From assembly GCA_000004695.1 (NCBI GenBank), contig CM000150.2, positions 2,496,001 to 2,560,000 of the forward strand: a stretch of DNA of 64,000 nt, in the 5' to 3' direction. How positions within the stretch are numbered: position 1 is the first letter of the stretch; the number at the start of each line of letters is the position of its first letter. The notes below the pieces were generated by a model that worked only from the letters and a program-made list of their open reading frames with translations, was not told the DNA's origin and ran no database searches. Positions 1-10,113 of this stretch are shown piece after piece. The position numbers and the translations under genes are program-made. The stretch comes from Dictyostelium discoideum. Taxonomy: Eukaryota.

Positions 1-701
1 AATTTGTAATACCAATGATTTAAAAGTTGGTATATACTTTTTACAATCCAATATATTCAATTGCATTTGTTCATAGAATTGAACGAAATCTGAATTCATT
101 GATTTATCACTTTGTCTGTTAAAATCTAATCTTGTAATCATAATCTTTAGTGATGAAAAACAAACATTACATGTTATAACTGAATTTGGTTGTTGATGTT
201 GTTGACTATGATTACTATTATTTTGTACTATAGAATTTGTTTCTTTTAATTTTATATTTAAAGATGATAATGGTACTGAATTATTATTACAATTTGAACA
301 AACTATTGAATTACAAACTAAACATTTTTGCCTTTTATTAAATATTTTACCAAATTTACTACCACATATACAACAATTTTGTACCATTCTATTGATTTCT
401 TGTGAATCTGTATTCAATAAAGTACTAATATTTAATGCTGCTTGTTTAAATTTAATTAACAATAAATCTTCTCCATTTCTATTATTATTTAAATATTTAT
501 TTTTTAAAATATTAAATTCTTCTGTTTTATTTCTATAAACTAATTTTTTTTGTTTAAAAAAATTAATTAATAAAAAATTAAAAAAAAAAAAGTATTAATT
601 AAATTGTTTAATTAATAAAATAATATTTATATTAAAAAATAATTACTTAATAAGGGTTCTTCTTTTGTATAACTTGTATTGAATTCTTCTGAACTCATCA
701 T
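1..701 (-). CDS. Cys-rich (zinc-finger-like) protein, 5' part only; gene continues past window start. Proposed exons 647..701 and 1..539
   Basis: Minus-strand ATG at 701 (MMSSEEFNTSYTKEEPLL). GTAATT donor at 641-646. AT-rich intron with AG acceptor at 540-541. Exon 2 is open to position 1 and encodes ...QNCCICGSKFGKIFNKRQKCLVCNSIVCSNC...VITCNVCF..., a CxxC-rich zinc-finger-like module. Family not recognised; splice model is inferred. Confidence 0.35.
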
Positions 702-1221
702 TTTTTTAATCTATTAATTTTTTTTTTTTTTTATTGTTATATTATATTATTTTATTATTATTATTATTATTATTATTTTATATTTTATTTTAAATCTTTT
801 AAATGTAATAAGTGCGTGTATTAATTTGAATGTGTACACGCTCACACGACTGCAAATTTTAAAATTAATAAAAAAAAAAAAAAAAATTTTAATTTTATTT
901 TTTTTTTTATTTTTTTTTTTTTATATTTTTTTATTTTTTTATTTATCAAGAAAGAAATTCTCATTTCTAATTAGTGGGGGGGTGGTAATTAAAAAAAATA
1001 AGAATAAATGAAAATAAAATTTTAGCCTGGTTAAATTTTTTTTGAAATTAAATTCCATGATTTTCCCGAATTTTTTTTTTATTTTTTTATTTCCTTTAAC
1101 AAATAAAGTTAAAAAAAAAAAAAAAAAAATAAAGAAAAAGAAAAAAGTTTAAAATAATAATATTTTTTTATTTTTATTTTTTTTATTTTTTTTTAGTGTT
1201 AATTATTTTATTATTATTTTT

Positions 1222-3823
1222 TTATTTTTTAAACTTTTTAGAATTTTCTTTATTTTTTTGTTCTTCAGCTTTTCTTTTAATATTTTGTGCCATTTCACTT
1301 AAACTTGATTTTGATGTTGTTGTTGTAGTGGTAGAATTAGTAGTAGTTGAATTTAAATTTTGATCTTTTAATTTATTTCTTCTTTCTAAAATTTCTTTTT
1401 CTTCTTTTTCTTTTTCAACTTTACGACGATTTTTCTTTTCGGTTAACATTTCAACCATACCAGTAGTTCTTTTGAATTTAGGGTCTGTTGGATCTATAGC
1501 GTAAGCTGGATCAATGAACATGCTATGAAATCTATTATCAGTTGTATTCATTTTGAAACCTTGGAGATCAATTAAATGTTTATCATCTTGGACATCCATT
1601 TTTTGATTTTTCTTTTTCAATTTCTTTTCCAATTTCTTTCTTTCAATTGGATCGATTGTATTCATTTTAGCTTCTCTCTCCAATTGTTTCTTTGTATAAC
1701 CTTTATTCTTTGAGAGATCATCATCCATTAAAAGTAACTCTAACTCTGCTTTCTCTTTTTTTTCCTCTTCAGTGACTCTACCTTTAGATTTATTCTTTTT
1801 TTGTTGTTTCTCTTTCTCTTCTTTCTCTTTAATTAATTTCTCAATTTCAATTCTTCTCTCTCTCTTTTTTTGTGATTTCTTTTCTTTCTTCTTTTCTAAA
1901 TAATCTGTAAAAACATTACCATTCTCTCTCTTTTCTTTTTCTTTTAATAATTTTTTACCAACATTATTTAAATTTGTATTAATTACCATCTCTTGAACTG
2001 TATCATCTTCTGAATCTGATTTTAAATCTTTTGCCCAATCTGGTGTTTCTGAATCTGATCCATTTAATAAATTATCATCATCATCATCGTCATCGTCATC
2101 ATCACCACTTTCATTTTCAGATGATTCATCATCAGCAGCAGAATCTGATTCATCATCATCATTTTCTTTATTAATTATACCTTCTTTATCAGATTCTTCA
2201 TCTTCTTCATCACTTGAACCAATTTCTTGATCTGAAAATTTAATTGAAAGACCATCGTCATCATCATCATCATCATCACTTTCATTTGATTTTTGTTGTT
2301 TTTGTTGTTTTAAAGTATCAGAGAAAGCTGAATTAAATGTAATTTGAATATCATCTTTTTCTTCTTCATCTTCAATACCATCTAATAATAATGATTTATA
2401 TTTATTTCTAAGTGCTAAACGTTTTGAATTTTTAGTTGTTTGTTTTCCATTTTTATTATTATTATTATTATTATCACCATCATCAGATGATTCTTCAGAT
2501 GATTCTTCAGATGAAGTTGGATCAGCTAAATATGCTCTTAAATCTTCTTCTCTTGCATCAAATTTTGAAAAGTTTTTAGTTAATAACTTCTTTCTAGTCT
2601 TATCGATATCCCAAGTGAAATCGACTGCTGTACCTTTAAGAATTGAAGTTTGGAAACCAAAACCACCATTTTCATCAGTTGAAGCGGGTAACTCTGTACA
2701 AGTGTCTCTTGGTGTATTTGTGAATTTTTGATCATCTGGAATGAATCTAAGATCTAAAACATTTGCTGTATCTTCAATTTCCATACCTTCACATTCTTCA
2801 TAAATTTTATTGGCAGTTTGAATTGAGCTACATTCAACTACAGCGTAATAGTATCTTAATTTCGATAATTCATATTGTCTTAACTTTTCCAAATTAAATC
2901 CTTTACCATCTAATGATTCTGCATCCTCTAGTTTATCAAAACTTAATGAACTCTCTTTTAAGCCATTATTATTACTATTGTTTATTATCGCTTTACTTGA
3001 GTCCCAAATTTCTTTATTTGGACCCAACGATTTTTCACGTGCCATTTGTTCCAAACCAAAATCCGATGGATAAATTGTAATTCTTTCAATATGACCACCA
3101 CCTGATGATGGTACAAATGAATTCAATAATATAAATAATTGTTTTGATGTAATATTATCCCAATCACAATTTAATACTGCAAATCTTTTAGTTGCATCAC
3201 CTCTTGGTACTTCCTCTTCTTCTTCCTCTTCCTCTTCAATATCATCACCTTGAAACTCTTCTGCATCTGAACTTTCTGTGTCTGAATTATATTCAAATCC
3301 ACCATATTCAATAACTTTTTCTGATTCAATATCTGAATTAATTGATTCCTCTTCTTCAACTTCTGATTCTGACTCTGATTCTGATTCAACAACTGGTTTC
3401 TTAATTTCTTTCTTTGTTGTTGATTTTGGTTTCTTTTCTTTTTCTTCTTTTTCTTCTTTTTCTTCATTTTCTAAAACATAGGTTTTCTTAATTGATTTAT
3501 CAATTTTTTTGTTTACAATCTTTCTACCATATTCATCAATTGGTGCTAAAAATAATGAAAAGAATTAACAAATTTTGTTATTAAATATTTATTATTTTTT
3601 TTTTATTTTTTATTTTTTTATTTTTTAAAAATTTACCATCTGATGTGAATGAACTATTTGATTTCATTAAATCACCGAATCTATTATCAAGTTGAACTGC
3701 CTTATCTTTTCTTCTGTACATCTTAAATTTTGGATCATTTTGAGCATGTTTAAAACGATTATCTGTAATTGCACCATTATTTGGTTTATTACCACCATTT
3801 TGTTTTGTTTTATTACTTTTCAT
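1222..3823 (-). CDS. esf1: ESF1 homologue (pre-rRNA processing / 18S biogenesis factor); 2 exons: 3637..3823 and 1222..3545
   Basis: Exon 1 starts MKSNKTKQNGGNK... and ends GAT G|gtaaat. Intron 3546-3636 ends tttag. Exon 2 translates ...RFAVLNCDWDNITSKQLFILLNSFVPSSGGGHIERITIYPSDFGLEQMAREKSLGP..., which matches the conserved ESF1 core. A long acidic/Ser-rich region follows, then a NUC153-like C-terminal segment (FIDPAYAIDPTDPKFKRTTGMVEML) and a Lys-rich tail. Total is about 836 aa, ESF1-sized. Confidence 0.7.
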
Positions 3824-3937
3824 CTCTTTACTTCTCTCTTTTATTTTTGTAATCGAACAAATGTGAGAAAATGAAAATAAAAAAAAAAAAATTAAAAATA
3901 AAAAAAAATAAAAATAAAAAAAAAAACGACAAACGAA

Positions 3938-3971
<34 letters not shown>

Positions 3972-4174
3972 CAATTTTCTTTTTTTTTTTTTTTTTAATT
4001 TTAATCAATTTATTTTAAATTTAATTATTTAATTATTTATTATTTTAAATTTTACTATGAATAGATTGTATTAATTAATTTTCTTTAAGTCATCCAACTT
4101 TTTTGGGGTATAAAAAAAAAAAAAAAAGTTAGAATTCTTTATAATTAAATAAGAGTTTAAAAAAAAAAAAAAAA

Positions 4175-4579
4175 TTAAATACATACAAAAAGTTCACCAA
4201 CATGAATGAATTTTTCTTTCAAATTATTTGTATAATCAAAATCATCACAAACTACAAAGATTGAATCATATGGTTTTGAAGTGATTGCATATAAAGTAGG
4301 TTTTGGATTTGAATTTTCATTTTGATTGGATATTGAATGAAATGAAATTAGATCACCATTTACAGTTTTATTTATTGGGTCTACTTTAAATTTTGAACCG
4401 TTTGCTTCTAGTTCATATCCCCAACAAGTATCCATTGATAAAATCTCTCTAATTTTACTAATTTCGTGGTTTTCCATTTGGAATTTTGGTGACTTGAATC
4501 GAAATTCCATTCCTTTAATACACCCAAAACTTGAGAATGTTTCATAAGTTATTATTAAATTCTTTTCGTTTTCAAACAT
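4175..4579 (-). CDS. hypothetical protein, 134 aa, no recognisable family
   Basis: Clean ATG ORF with non-low-complexity composition: MFENEKNLIITYETFSSFGCIKGMEFRFKSPKF...FVVCDDFDYTNNLKEKFIHVGELFVCI. The 3' end overlaps a GTATGT motif, so a short terminal micro-exon (LDDLKKIN) is possible but unsupported. Confidence 0.4.
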   Translation of the reverse strand: MFENEKNLIITYETFSSFGCIKGMEFRFKSPKFQMENHEISKIREILSMDTCWGYELEANGSKFKVDPINKTVNGDLISFHSISNQNENSNPKPTLYAITSKPYDSIFVVCDDFDYTNNLKEKFIHVGELFVCI

Positions 4580-5392
4580 TTTTCTATTTATCTTTTTTTT
4601 TTTTTTTTTTTTTTTTCTAAAAATTTTTAATTATAATTATAATTATAATTGTATTGAGTGTTGTTGGGTGTTTAATAATTTTTTTTTTTTAATTTTTTTT
4701 TTTTAAATTAAAAATTATTTATTTATTAATTGTTTTTTTTTTTTTTTAAAAAAAATTTGTTTGTGGTTATATTAATTTTTTATTTGTGAAAAAAAATTAA
4801 AATTTAAAAAATAATTATGTAATTATTTATCATTTATTGATGTCCAAATGATAATTATTTTTATTTATTATAAAATAAAAATTATACGTATAACCTTATT
4901 AATGATCGAATTTAAATCATTCACAATTTTATTTTTCTTTATAATTCTTTTTTTTTTTTTCTATTTTTTATAATTCAAAACAAAAAAAAAAAAAAAAAAA
5001 AAAATATAGATTAAGCAAACCAATGTAGATAATTTTTTATTGTATTTTTTATTTTTTTAATTTCTTTTTTTAATTTCTTTTTTTTTTTTAATTCAAAAGC
5101 CGATTTAAAAAAATATTGTAATTTTTTTATTTGGGCCAACAAAAATACTTTTTTTGTTTCAAGGTTTTTTTTTTTGAATTGGACAACGCAATTTTTTTTA
5201 ATTGGTGTATAACACAATTGCAGGGGCTAAATATAACAAATCTCATCAATGCCAGGATGTGTAAAATTTAAATTTTTTTTCCTATTATTATTAAAAATCA
5301 ATTTTTTTTTTTTGAATTGGATAACGCAATTATTATTTGCTTCTCCTTGAGATGCTAGATCTCATTTTATTTTTTTTTTTTTTTTACAGGGT

Positions 5393-5628
5393 CTTTTTGA
5401 TTAAAACATCTTTTTTGTCCAAACTTTTTTCTAAATCTTTTTTTATTTTATCGTCTGGTTCGTGATTGATGTTTATGACGTATTTGAATTGTTTTTTTTT
5501 TTTTAATTGAGTTTTATCCACAATTTCGCTTATTTTTTGTAGGCATTTGTGTTGCTTAATATTTGTGGTGTTGTTTGTGATTTTCATTTTATTTTCTTTC
5601 TATCTTTTTTATTTTTCTGATTAACTTG

Positions 5629-5686
<58 letters not shown>

Positions 5687-5692
5687 TTATAG
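5393..5692 (-). repeat. second (truncated) copy of the retroelement 5' module with poly(T/A) tract
   Basis: Near-identical to 7122..7456, including the start codon and first 66 codons of ORF1 (ORF 5384..5587). Ends in a run of about 52 T on the + strand, preceded by gattaacttggg. Confidence 0.6.
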
Positions 5693-5982
5693 AAAGTACT
5701 GAGTGAATTATTGTATTTTTTGAGATGTTTAGGAAGTTCTATTGCGGGTGTTGATGATGATTTGTGACACCCCTTGTCCTGTTTTATCAATTGGTGCGTG
5801 GTGTGTTATTTTGTTTTTATATTGTTGATTTATTGAGTAAATTTTATTTGTTTTTATATTTGTTTCAGTTAGAAGTGCTGCGTCCAGCTTGTTGTTGTCT
5901 AAAACGGTGTTTATTATGCTGGCAGATTGGATGGTGTTGGATCCTTGGACGTTCCAAACACCTATTCTTATTGTGTTTTTCT

Positions 5983-7317
5983 TTATAGTTTTATTTGGGG
6001 TAGATTTTTATCTACCTTTTGAAGTTTCTGGTTTATTTTGTCTTCTAACTGATCTTTACTTTGTTCGTTGTGTTGTTGGTCTTGTGTGTTTGTGGGGTTT
6101 TTTGATTTATTGATTTGTTTTAGAATTTCCTTGTTGAAGTTGTCTATATCTTCATCCATTTTTGTTTTTATGCTTTTTTGTCCATATTCACCCAATTTTG
6201 GTTTGACTGGTGTTTTGTTGGTCTTGTTTGTTTTGTCTTGTTGTTTCTTTTTTGGTGTGTTTAACAATTTACTTGGTGAATCGATAATTTTCGATGGTGT
6301 ACCATAGGTTGGGCTGAAACTCATGATATGTTTTATTGGAGAGGAGAAGAACCATTGATTTGAAGGGATTGAAAGTGGGAATTCTATTTTTCTTATTGCA
6401 TCAGTGTTTGGGCTGGTGAAGTCGAAGATATCATTTGCCTCTCTAAGTTTTTCTTCCGTTGTTAGTCCCTTTGTTTCGCCGTGTTGTTTTATTGGTGTAT
6501 TGTATGGAGATGGTGGTTCGATAGGTTTTTCTGATTTTGTTTTAATTTCTTGATTGTTTATCGATTGTGTATTGATCTCATTCTCTATTCTTGTTAGTTC
6601 ATCTACGTTTTCTAGTGATGCTTCTATTACCTTTTGAGCTGTATCATCTAGGGCCATAAATGTTTTATCATTAGATGAGGATGTGATTGGTGGGATAATG
6701 ATTGTTCTTTTTCCTTGTTTTGGTATTTGTTCTGATGTAGATTGTGGTTGTTGTTCATCTGATTGTTTTTTATTTTTGTTTTCTTCTTGATTTTCTGGTA
6801 ATGAGGTTTGATCTCTCCATCCTTTGTTGGAGTGTCCAATTAATGTTAGATTGTCTAGTTCAATGATAGTGTCAAATTCTTCTACGACTCTTTTCACTGT
6901 TTTGATAATTAGAGTTTCGCCTTTAATTTCTGATTTAATTAGTTTACATCCTTCATTTTCTATTACCCATTCTATTTCTGTGAGTGATTTATACCAATCA
7001 AAATCTGTATACATATTTTTTGGTCTTATAGTGGTTATAAATTGTCCTTTTAATTCTGCATCAAACATATTTACAAAATAGATTACTGTACTAATACTGT
7101 CTGTGAGAATTTTGAATGTATTATTACTTTTGATTAAAACATCTTTTTTGTCCAAACTTTTTTCTAAATCTTTTTTTATTTTATCGTCTGGTTCGTGATT
7201 GATGTTTATGACGTATTTGAATTGTTTTTTTTTTAATTGAGTTTTATCCACAATTTCGCTTATTTTTTGTAGGCATTTGTGTTGCTTAATATTTGTGGTG
7301 TTGTTTGTGATTTTCAT
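5983..7317 (-). CDS. retroelement ORF1-like protein (444 aa)
   Basis: Long ORF with moderate complexity (…HSNKGWRDQTSLPENQEENKNKKQSDEQQ…PSPYNTPIKQHGETKGLTTEEKLREANDIFDF…). Its N-terminus lies inside the duplicated module. No RT domain follows; about 290 bp of non-coding sequence, then poly-A. Confidence 0.5.
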   Translation of the reverse strand: MKITNNTTNIKQHKCLQKISEIVDKTQLKKKQFKYVININHEPDDKIKKDLEKSLDKKDVLIKSNNTFKILTDSISTVIYFVNMFDAELKGQFITTIRPKNMYTDFDWYKSLTEIEWVIENEGCKLIKSEIKGETLIIKTVKRVVEEFDTIIELDNLTLIGHSNKGWRDQTSLPENQEENKNKKQSDEQQPQSTSEQIPKQGKRTIIIPPITSSSNDKTFMALDDTAQKVIEASLENVDELTRIENEINTQSINNQEIKTKSEKPIEPPSPYNTPIKQHGETKGLTTEEKLREANDIFDFTSPNTDAIRKIEFPLSIPSNQWFFSSPIKHIMSFSPTYGTPSKIIDSPSKLLNTPKKKQQDKTNKTNKTPVKPKLGEYGQKSIKTKMDEDIDNFNKEILKQINKSKNPTNTQDQQHNEQSKDQLEDKINQKLQKVDKNLPQIKL

Positions 7318-7392
7318 TTTATTTTCTTTCTATCTTTTTTATTTTTCTTTAAAAAGTTAAAAATCTGGAAATTTTCTAATTAACTTGGTTCC

Positions 7393-7456
<64 letters not shown>
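7122..7456 (-). repeat. retroelement 5' module (contains ORF1 start) with long poly(T/A) tract
   Basis: Direct repeat of 5393..5692. Poly-T run 7381..7456 on the + strand. Confidence 0.6.
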
Positions 7457-7458
<2 letters not shown>

Positions 7459-7576
7459 TCTTTTTTATATGAAAAATGAAATAATCAAAAAAAGAGATTG
7501 TTGTTGTTGTTTGTTTTTTTCGATCTCTAATTAATTAATGACCTAATCTAGTAATTAAAATTTATTTATAACAAAT

Positions 7577-7649
7577 GCCCAGATAGCTCAGTCGGTAGAG
7601 CGCAAGGCTTTTAACCTTGTGGTCGGGGGTTCGAGCCCCCCTTTGGGCG
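7577..7649 (+). tRNA. tRNA-Lys (anticodon UUU)
   Basis: GCCCAGATAGCTCAGTCGGTAGAGCGCAAGGCTTTTAACCTTGTGGTCGGGGGTTCGAGCCCCCCTTTGGGCG. Cloverleaf with 7-bp acceptor stem (one G-T pair), D-arm GCTCAGTCGGTAGAGC, anticodon loop CTTTTAA, T-arm GGGGGTTCGAGCCCCCC, discriminator G. No intron. Confidence 0.9.
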
Positions 7650-7663
7650 AATTTTAAAATAAT

Positions 7664-7935
7664 CAACTTTAGATCAAGTGTTCGACTCTGTATATGAAAT
7701 TAAAAAAATGGTCAACTATCCATTTATATTTTAACCGACCAATATTTTCATGCTTGGAGAGATCACTTTTTTTTTTTTAAAATAAAAAAATAGATTAATC
7801 ATTTATCCCTGGAAATAAGCAATAATTAATAGTTTTAATTATATTTATGAGTTTTTAATTTTAAAATATAAATGGTTAGCTGACCATTTTTTAAAGACGT
7901 TTTTACGGATTCGAACACTTGATCTAAAGATATAT
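7664..7935. repeat. imperfect foldback inverted repeat (about 75-bp arms) immediately 3' of tRNA-Lys; each arm carries a B-box-like motif (probable ex-B box region)
   Basis: Arm 7668..7745 versus reverse complement of 7858..7932: ctttagatcaagtgttcgactc / ctttagatcaagtgttcgaatcc and aaaaaaatggtcaactatccatttatatttt / aaaaatggtcagctaaccatttatatttt. GTGTTCGA(C/A)TC resembles the pol III B box GGTTCGANTCC. The first copy sits about 30 bp downstream of the tRNA end, where Dictyostelium tRNA genes typically carry an extra B box. Confidence 0.45.
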
Positions 7936-8109
7936 TTATTTAAATAAATTTTTAAATATAACTTTCAAAGAAATTACATTATTGGTTTTAAATTTAGAAT
8001 TTAAATATATCTTTTTTCATGAAAAATCCAATTCAAAAAAAAATCTTTTTTCATGAAAAAAAATTATTATTTGATTGTAAATTTTGATTTTGATTTAAAA
8101 AATATTGAT

Positions 8110-8586
8110 TTACTTCTTTAAAGATTGGATGATGAGATGAATCAATTGAATATTCAGTGAAAATGAATCGACAACATTGATTTGTCCACTATCTAAAGAA
8201 TTGATAACGATTGATATTAATAGATTCATATTATTTAATAAAACATTAACCATTGTAATATTTAAATTTTTAAAATAATTGGAAATCTTTAAATGACCAC
8301 ATTGTGATGTAGAATAATTTAAAATGTTTGAAAGTAGGTCAATAACATCACCACTAATACCACTAGTATCACCACTATTACCATATCTAAATAATAAAAA
8401 AGATAAAGTTACATCTAATAAAAGTAAATCACCTCTTTTTGAAATTTCAAATGCCAAATATTTGCAATTAAAAAATTTCTTATTTTTAAAAATTTTAATG
8501 ATTTGATTTTTATCATTATTGTCACAAGTATTATCGCAATTGTTAAATAAATTTGAGTTCAACTTTTTCCCATTATAATATTCCAT
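8110..8586 (-). CDS. hypothetical ORF (158 aa) in unique sequence flanking the duplication; weak
   Basis: ORF MEYYNGKKLNSNLFNNCDNTCDNND... replaces what is exon 3 of the DNase II-like gene in copies 2 and 3. No recognisable domain. May be a non-coding remnant. Confidence 0.2.
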   Translation of the reverse strand: MEYYNGKKLNSNLFNNCDNTCDNNDKNQIIKIFKNKKFFNCKYLAFEISKRGDLLLLDVTLSFLLFRYGNSGDTSGISGDVIDLLSNILNYSTSQCGHLKISNYFKNLNITMVNVLLNNMNLLISIVINSLDSGQINVVDSFSLNIQLIHLIIQSLKK

Positions 8587-8699
8587 TAAAATTAAATCTG
8601 AATTATCAACTAAACATCTTTTTGGTTCAATTTCTAAATACTTATTCCCACATATATTATAAACGTTGTTTATTAATTGATTTAATTATAGTATCTGAA

Positions 8700-9723
8700 T
8701 TAATTTTGCCTATTTTTTAAGAATATTGGTTTGGTAATTTAAAAACACAATTTTAAAAATATAAATTTCTTACCAATTGTGACCATTTATTTAAATAAAT
8801 AACTCCATTCCATATATAAGGATCACCATCATTCTTTTTTTTAACCAAAATATATTTATTCATTAGACCATCCAATTATTTAAAAGTTTTGATAGTTTCT
8901 TTTGCCAAAATTTTACTCTCAATTACTTCCAACTTAATGACTCCTGTTTTTTTCTCGTCAACCTTTTTTTTGAGGTCTTCAGAATAGAAAGAGGCTGATG
9001 ATACCCTTTTTGCTCCAGAACCTGGAAAAACTGTATTAATGGTTTGAATATTTAAATTACCATTAATAATATACTTTGGAATAATATGAAGTTCTTCTTT
9101 TGACAAAGTTATACAAATTGAATGCTGCGCGTGTTGATTATCTAAAGTCCCTGTACCGTAATTATAAAGAGGATGATATAAGGTTCTGGAGATTTTGGAA
9201 CACTGTGAATTACATGAATTCCCCCTTCTTCATTCCAAATAAAAAATCCTTTTGCATGTGCCTTTTTTAACACATGAAACATATGAAAAAAAAAGAATTA
9301 ACAACAAATTATAATAAAAAAAAAATAAAAATAAAAATTTAAAATTAACACATACACTATTATCTCCACGGGTTGATCATTATAGGTCAAACTATTATAT
9401 ATAGTTTTACCAGAGCTATTTGGATAACTCTGTTTGTATGTTGATGCAATTGGGTTTGGCTCATGCGGATTCCTAATATTATAATAAGCTAATTCATTAA
9501 TCACCCTATTTAATTCATTATCAGTATAAATAGCACCTCTACTGTGACTCAATTGTTCTAAAACCCACCATTCAACATTCTTTTCTATTTTAACTCCATC
9601 TTTATCTATAAACACCTGACTTTTTGTATAAACATTTTTTGTTGTTATACATTTTGGAGGAACACAATAAATTTGTGATATTAATAAAAATAAATATAGA
9701 ACTATTATATATTTATTTTTCAT
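8700..9723 (-). pseudogene. DNase II-like gene, copy 1: 5' remnant (exon 1 plus disrupted exon 2), 3' exon lost
   Basis: Exon 1 (9298..9723) is intact, with signal peptide MKNKYIIVLYLFLLISQIYC and a GTATGT donor. Exon 2 begins AHAKGFFIWNEEGGIHVIHSVP, then frameshifts (…SPEPYIILFIITVQGL*) relative to copy 3. It carries an in-frame TAA where copy 3 has GAA (…KTFK* versus …KTFKELDG). After the exon-2 donor, the sequence diverges from copies 2 and 3 (duplication boundary near 8650-8700). Confidence 0.5.
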
Positions 9724-10017
9724 TTCTTAGATCTAGTATAAAAAAAAAAAAAAAAAAAATGAATCTATTTTTGCATTGAAATCTAAATTTGGATTTTTTT
9801 AAAAAAAAACGAACGAATTTTTGTTTCAGAAAAAAAAAAAAAAAAAAATTGATTCTTTTTTTTGTGAAAAAAAAAAAAAAAAAATGAATCTATTTTTGCA
9901 TTGAAATCTAAATTTGGATTTTTTTAAAAAAAAACGAACGAATTTTTTTTTTATTGTTTTCGAGCATCTCTACAAATCTTTTTTAATTTTTTTTTACGAA
10001 ACAGTTCTAAAATGTTT

Positions 10018-10049
<32 letters not shown>

Positions 10050-10113
10050 CTCAAAAAAAAATTATTAAATCTCAGAATATGTTTTTTTAAATCATATTTA
10101 AATTAAATAAAAA

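Larger units (their letters stand above)
5390..7460 (-). mobile_element. TRE5-like (tRNA-gene-targeted non-LTR retroelement) copy lacking ORF2, with duplicated 5' module; lies about 120-200 bp upstream of tRNA-Lys
   Basis: ORF1-like 444-aa ORF on the minus strand. The approximately 300-bp unit (poly-A on the element strand, then cccaagttaat, a 5' leader and the first 66 codons MKITNNTTNIKQHKCLQKISEIVDKTQL...) occurs twice (7122..7456 and 5393..5692). The position immediately 5' of a tRNA gene matches the known TRE5 targeting behaviour in Dictyostelium. The exact family (TRE5-A/B/C) is not determinable from sequence alone. Confidence 0.55.

Noticed and set aside
826-1011. ORF-track ORFs lying entirely in poly-A/T or poly-AAT sequence (for example 826..1011, 3171..3467, 5011..5217, 11974..12165, 47620..47838, 50829-region antisense, 51659..52048, 51695..52042)
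   Set aside because: Translations are homopolymeric K/F/N/L/I runs produced by A/T tracts. There is no domain content and no sensible start context.
5175-5335. Short direct repeats gaattggacaacgcaatt / gaattggataacgcaatt about 140 bp apart, and a 45-bp tandem duplication at 47277..47365
   Set aside because: Too short and isolated to assign. They may be retroelement-end debris or slippage products.
7890-7940. GGATTCGAAC motif, examined as a possible minus-strand tRNA gene
   Set aside because: Flanking sequence cannot form acceptor, D or anticodon stems. I interpret it as a B-box-like motif within the palindrome, not a tRNA.
8876-9106. ORFs in the track beginning with 'M' at non-ATG codons (for example 8876..9106, 22641..23090, 31413..31862 start at TTG; 12166 starts at GTG)
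   Set aside because: These are internal exon segments. The apparent M is an alternative-start convention of the ORF finder. True exon boundaries were set from splice signals and frame continuity.
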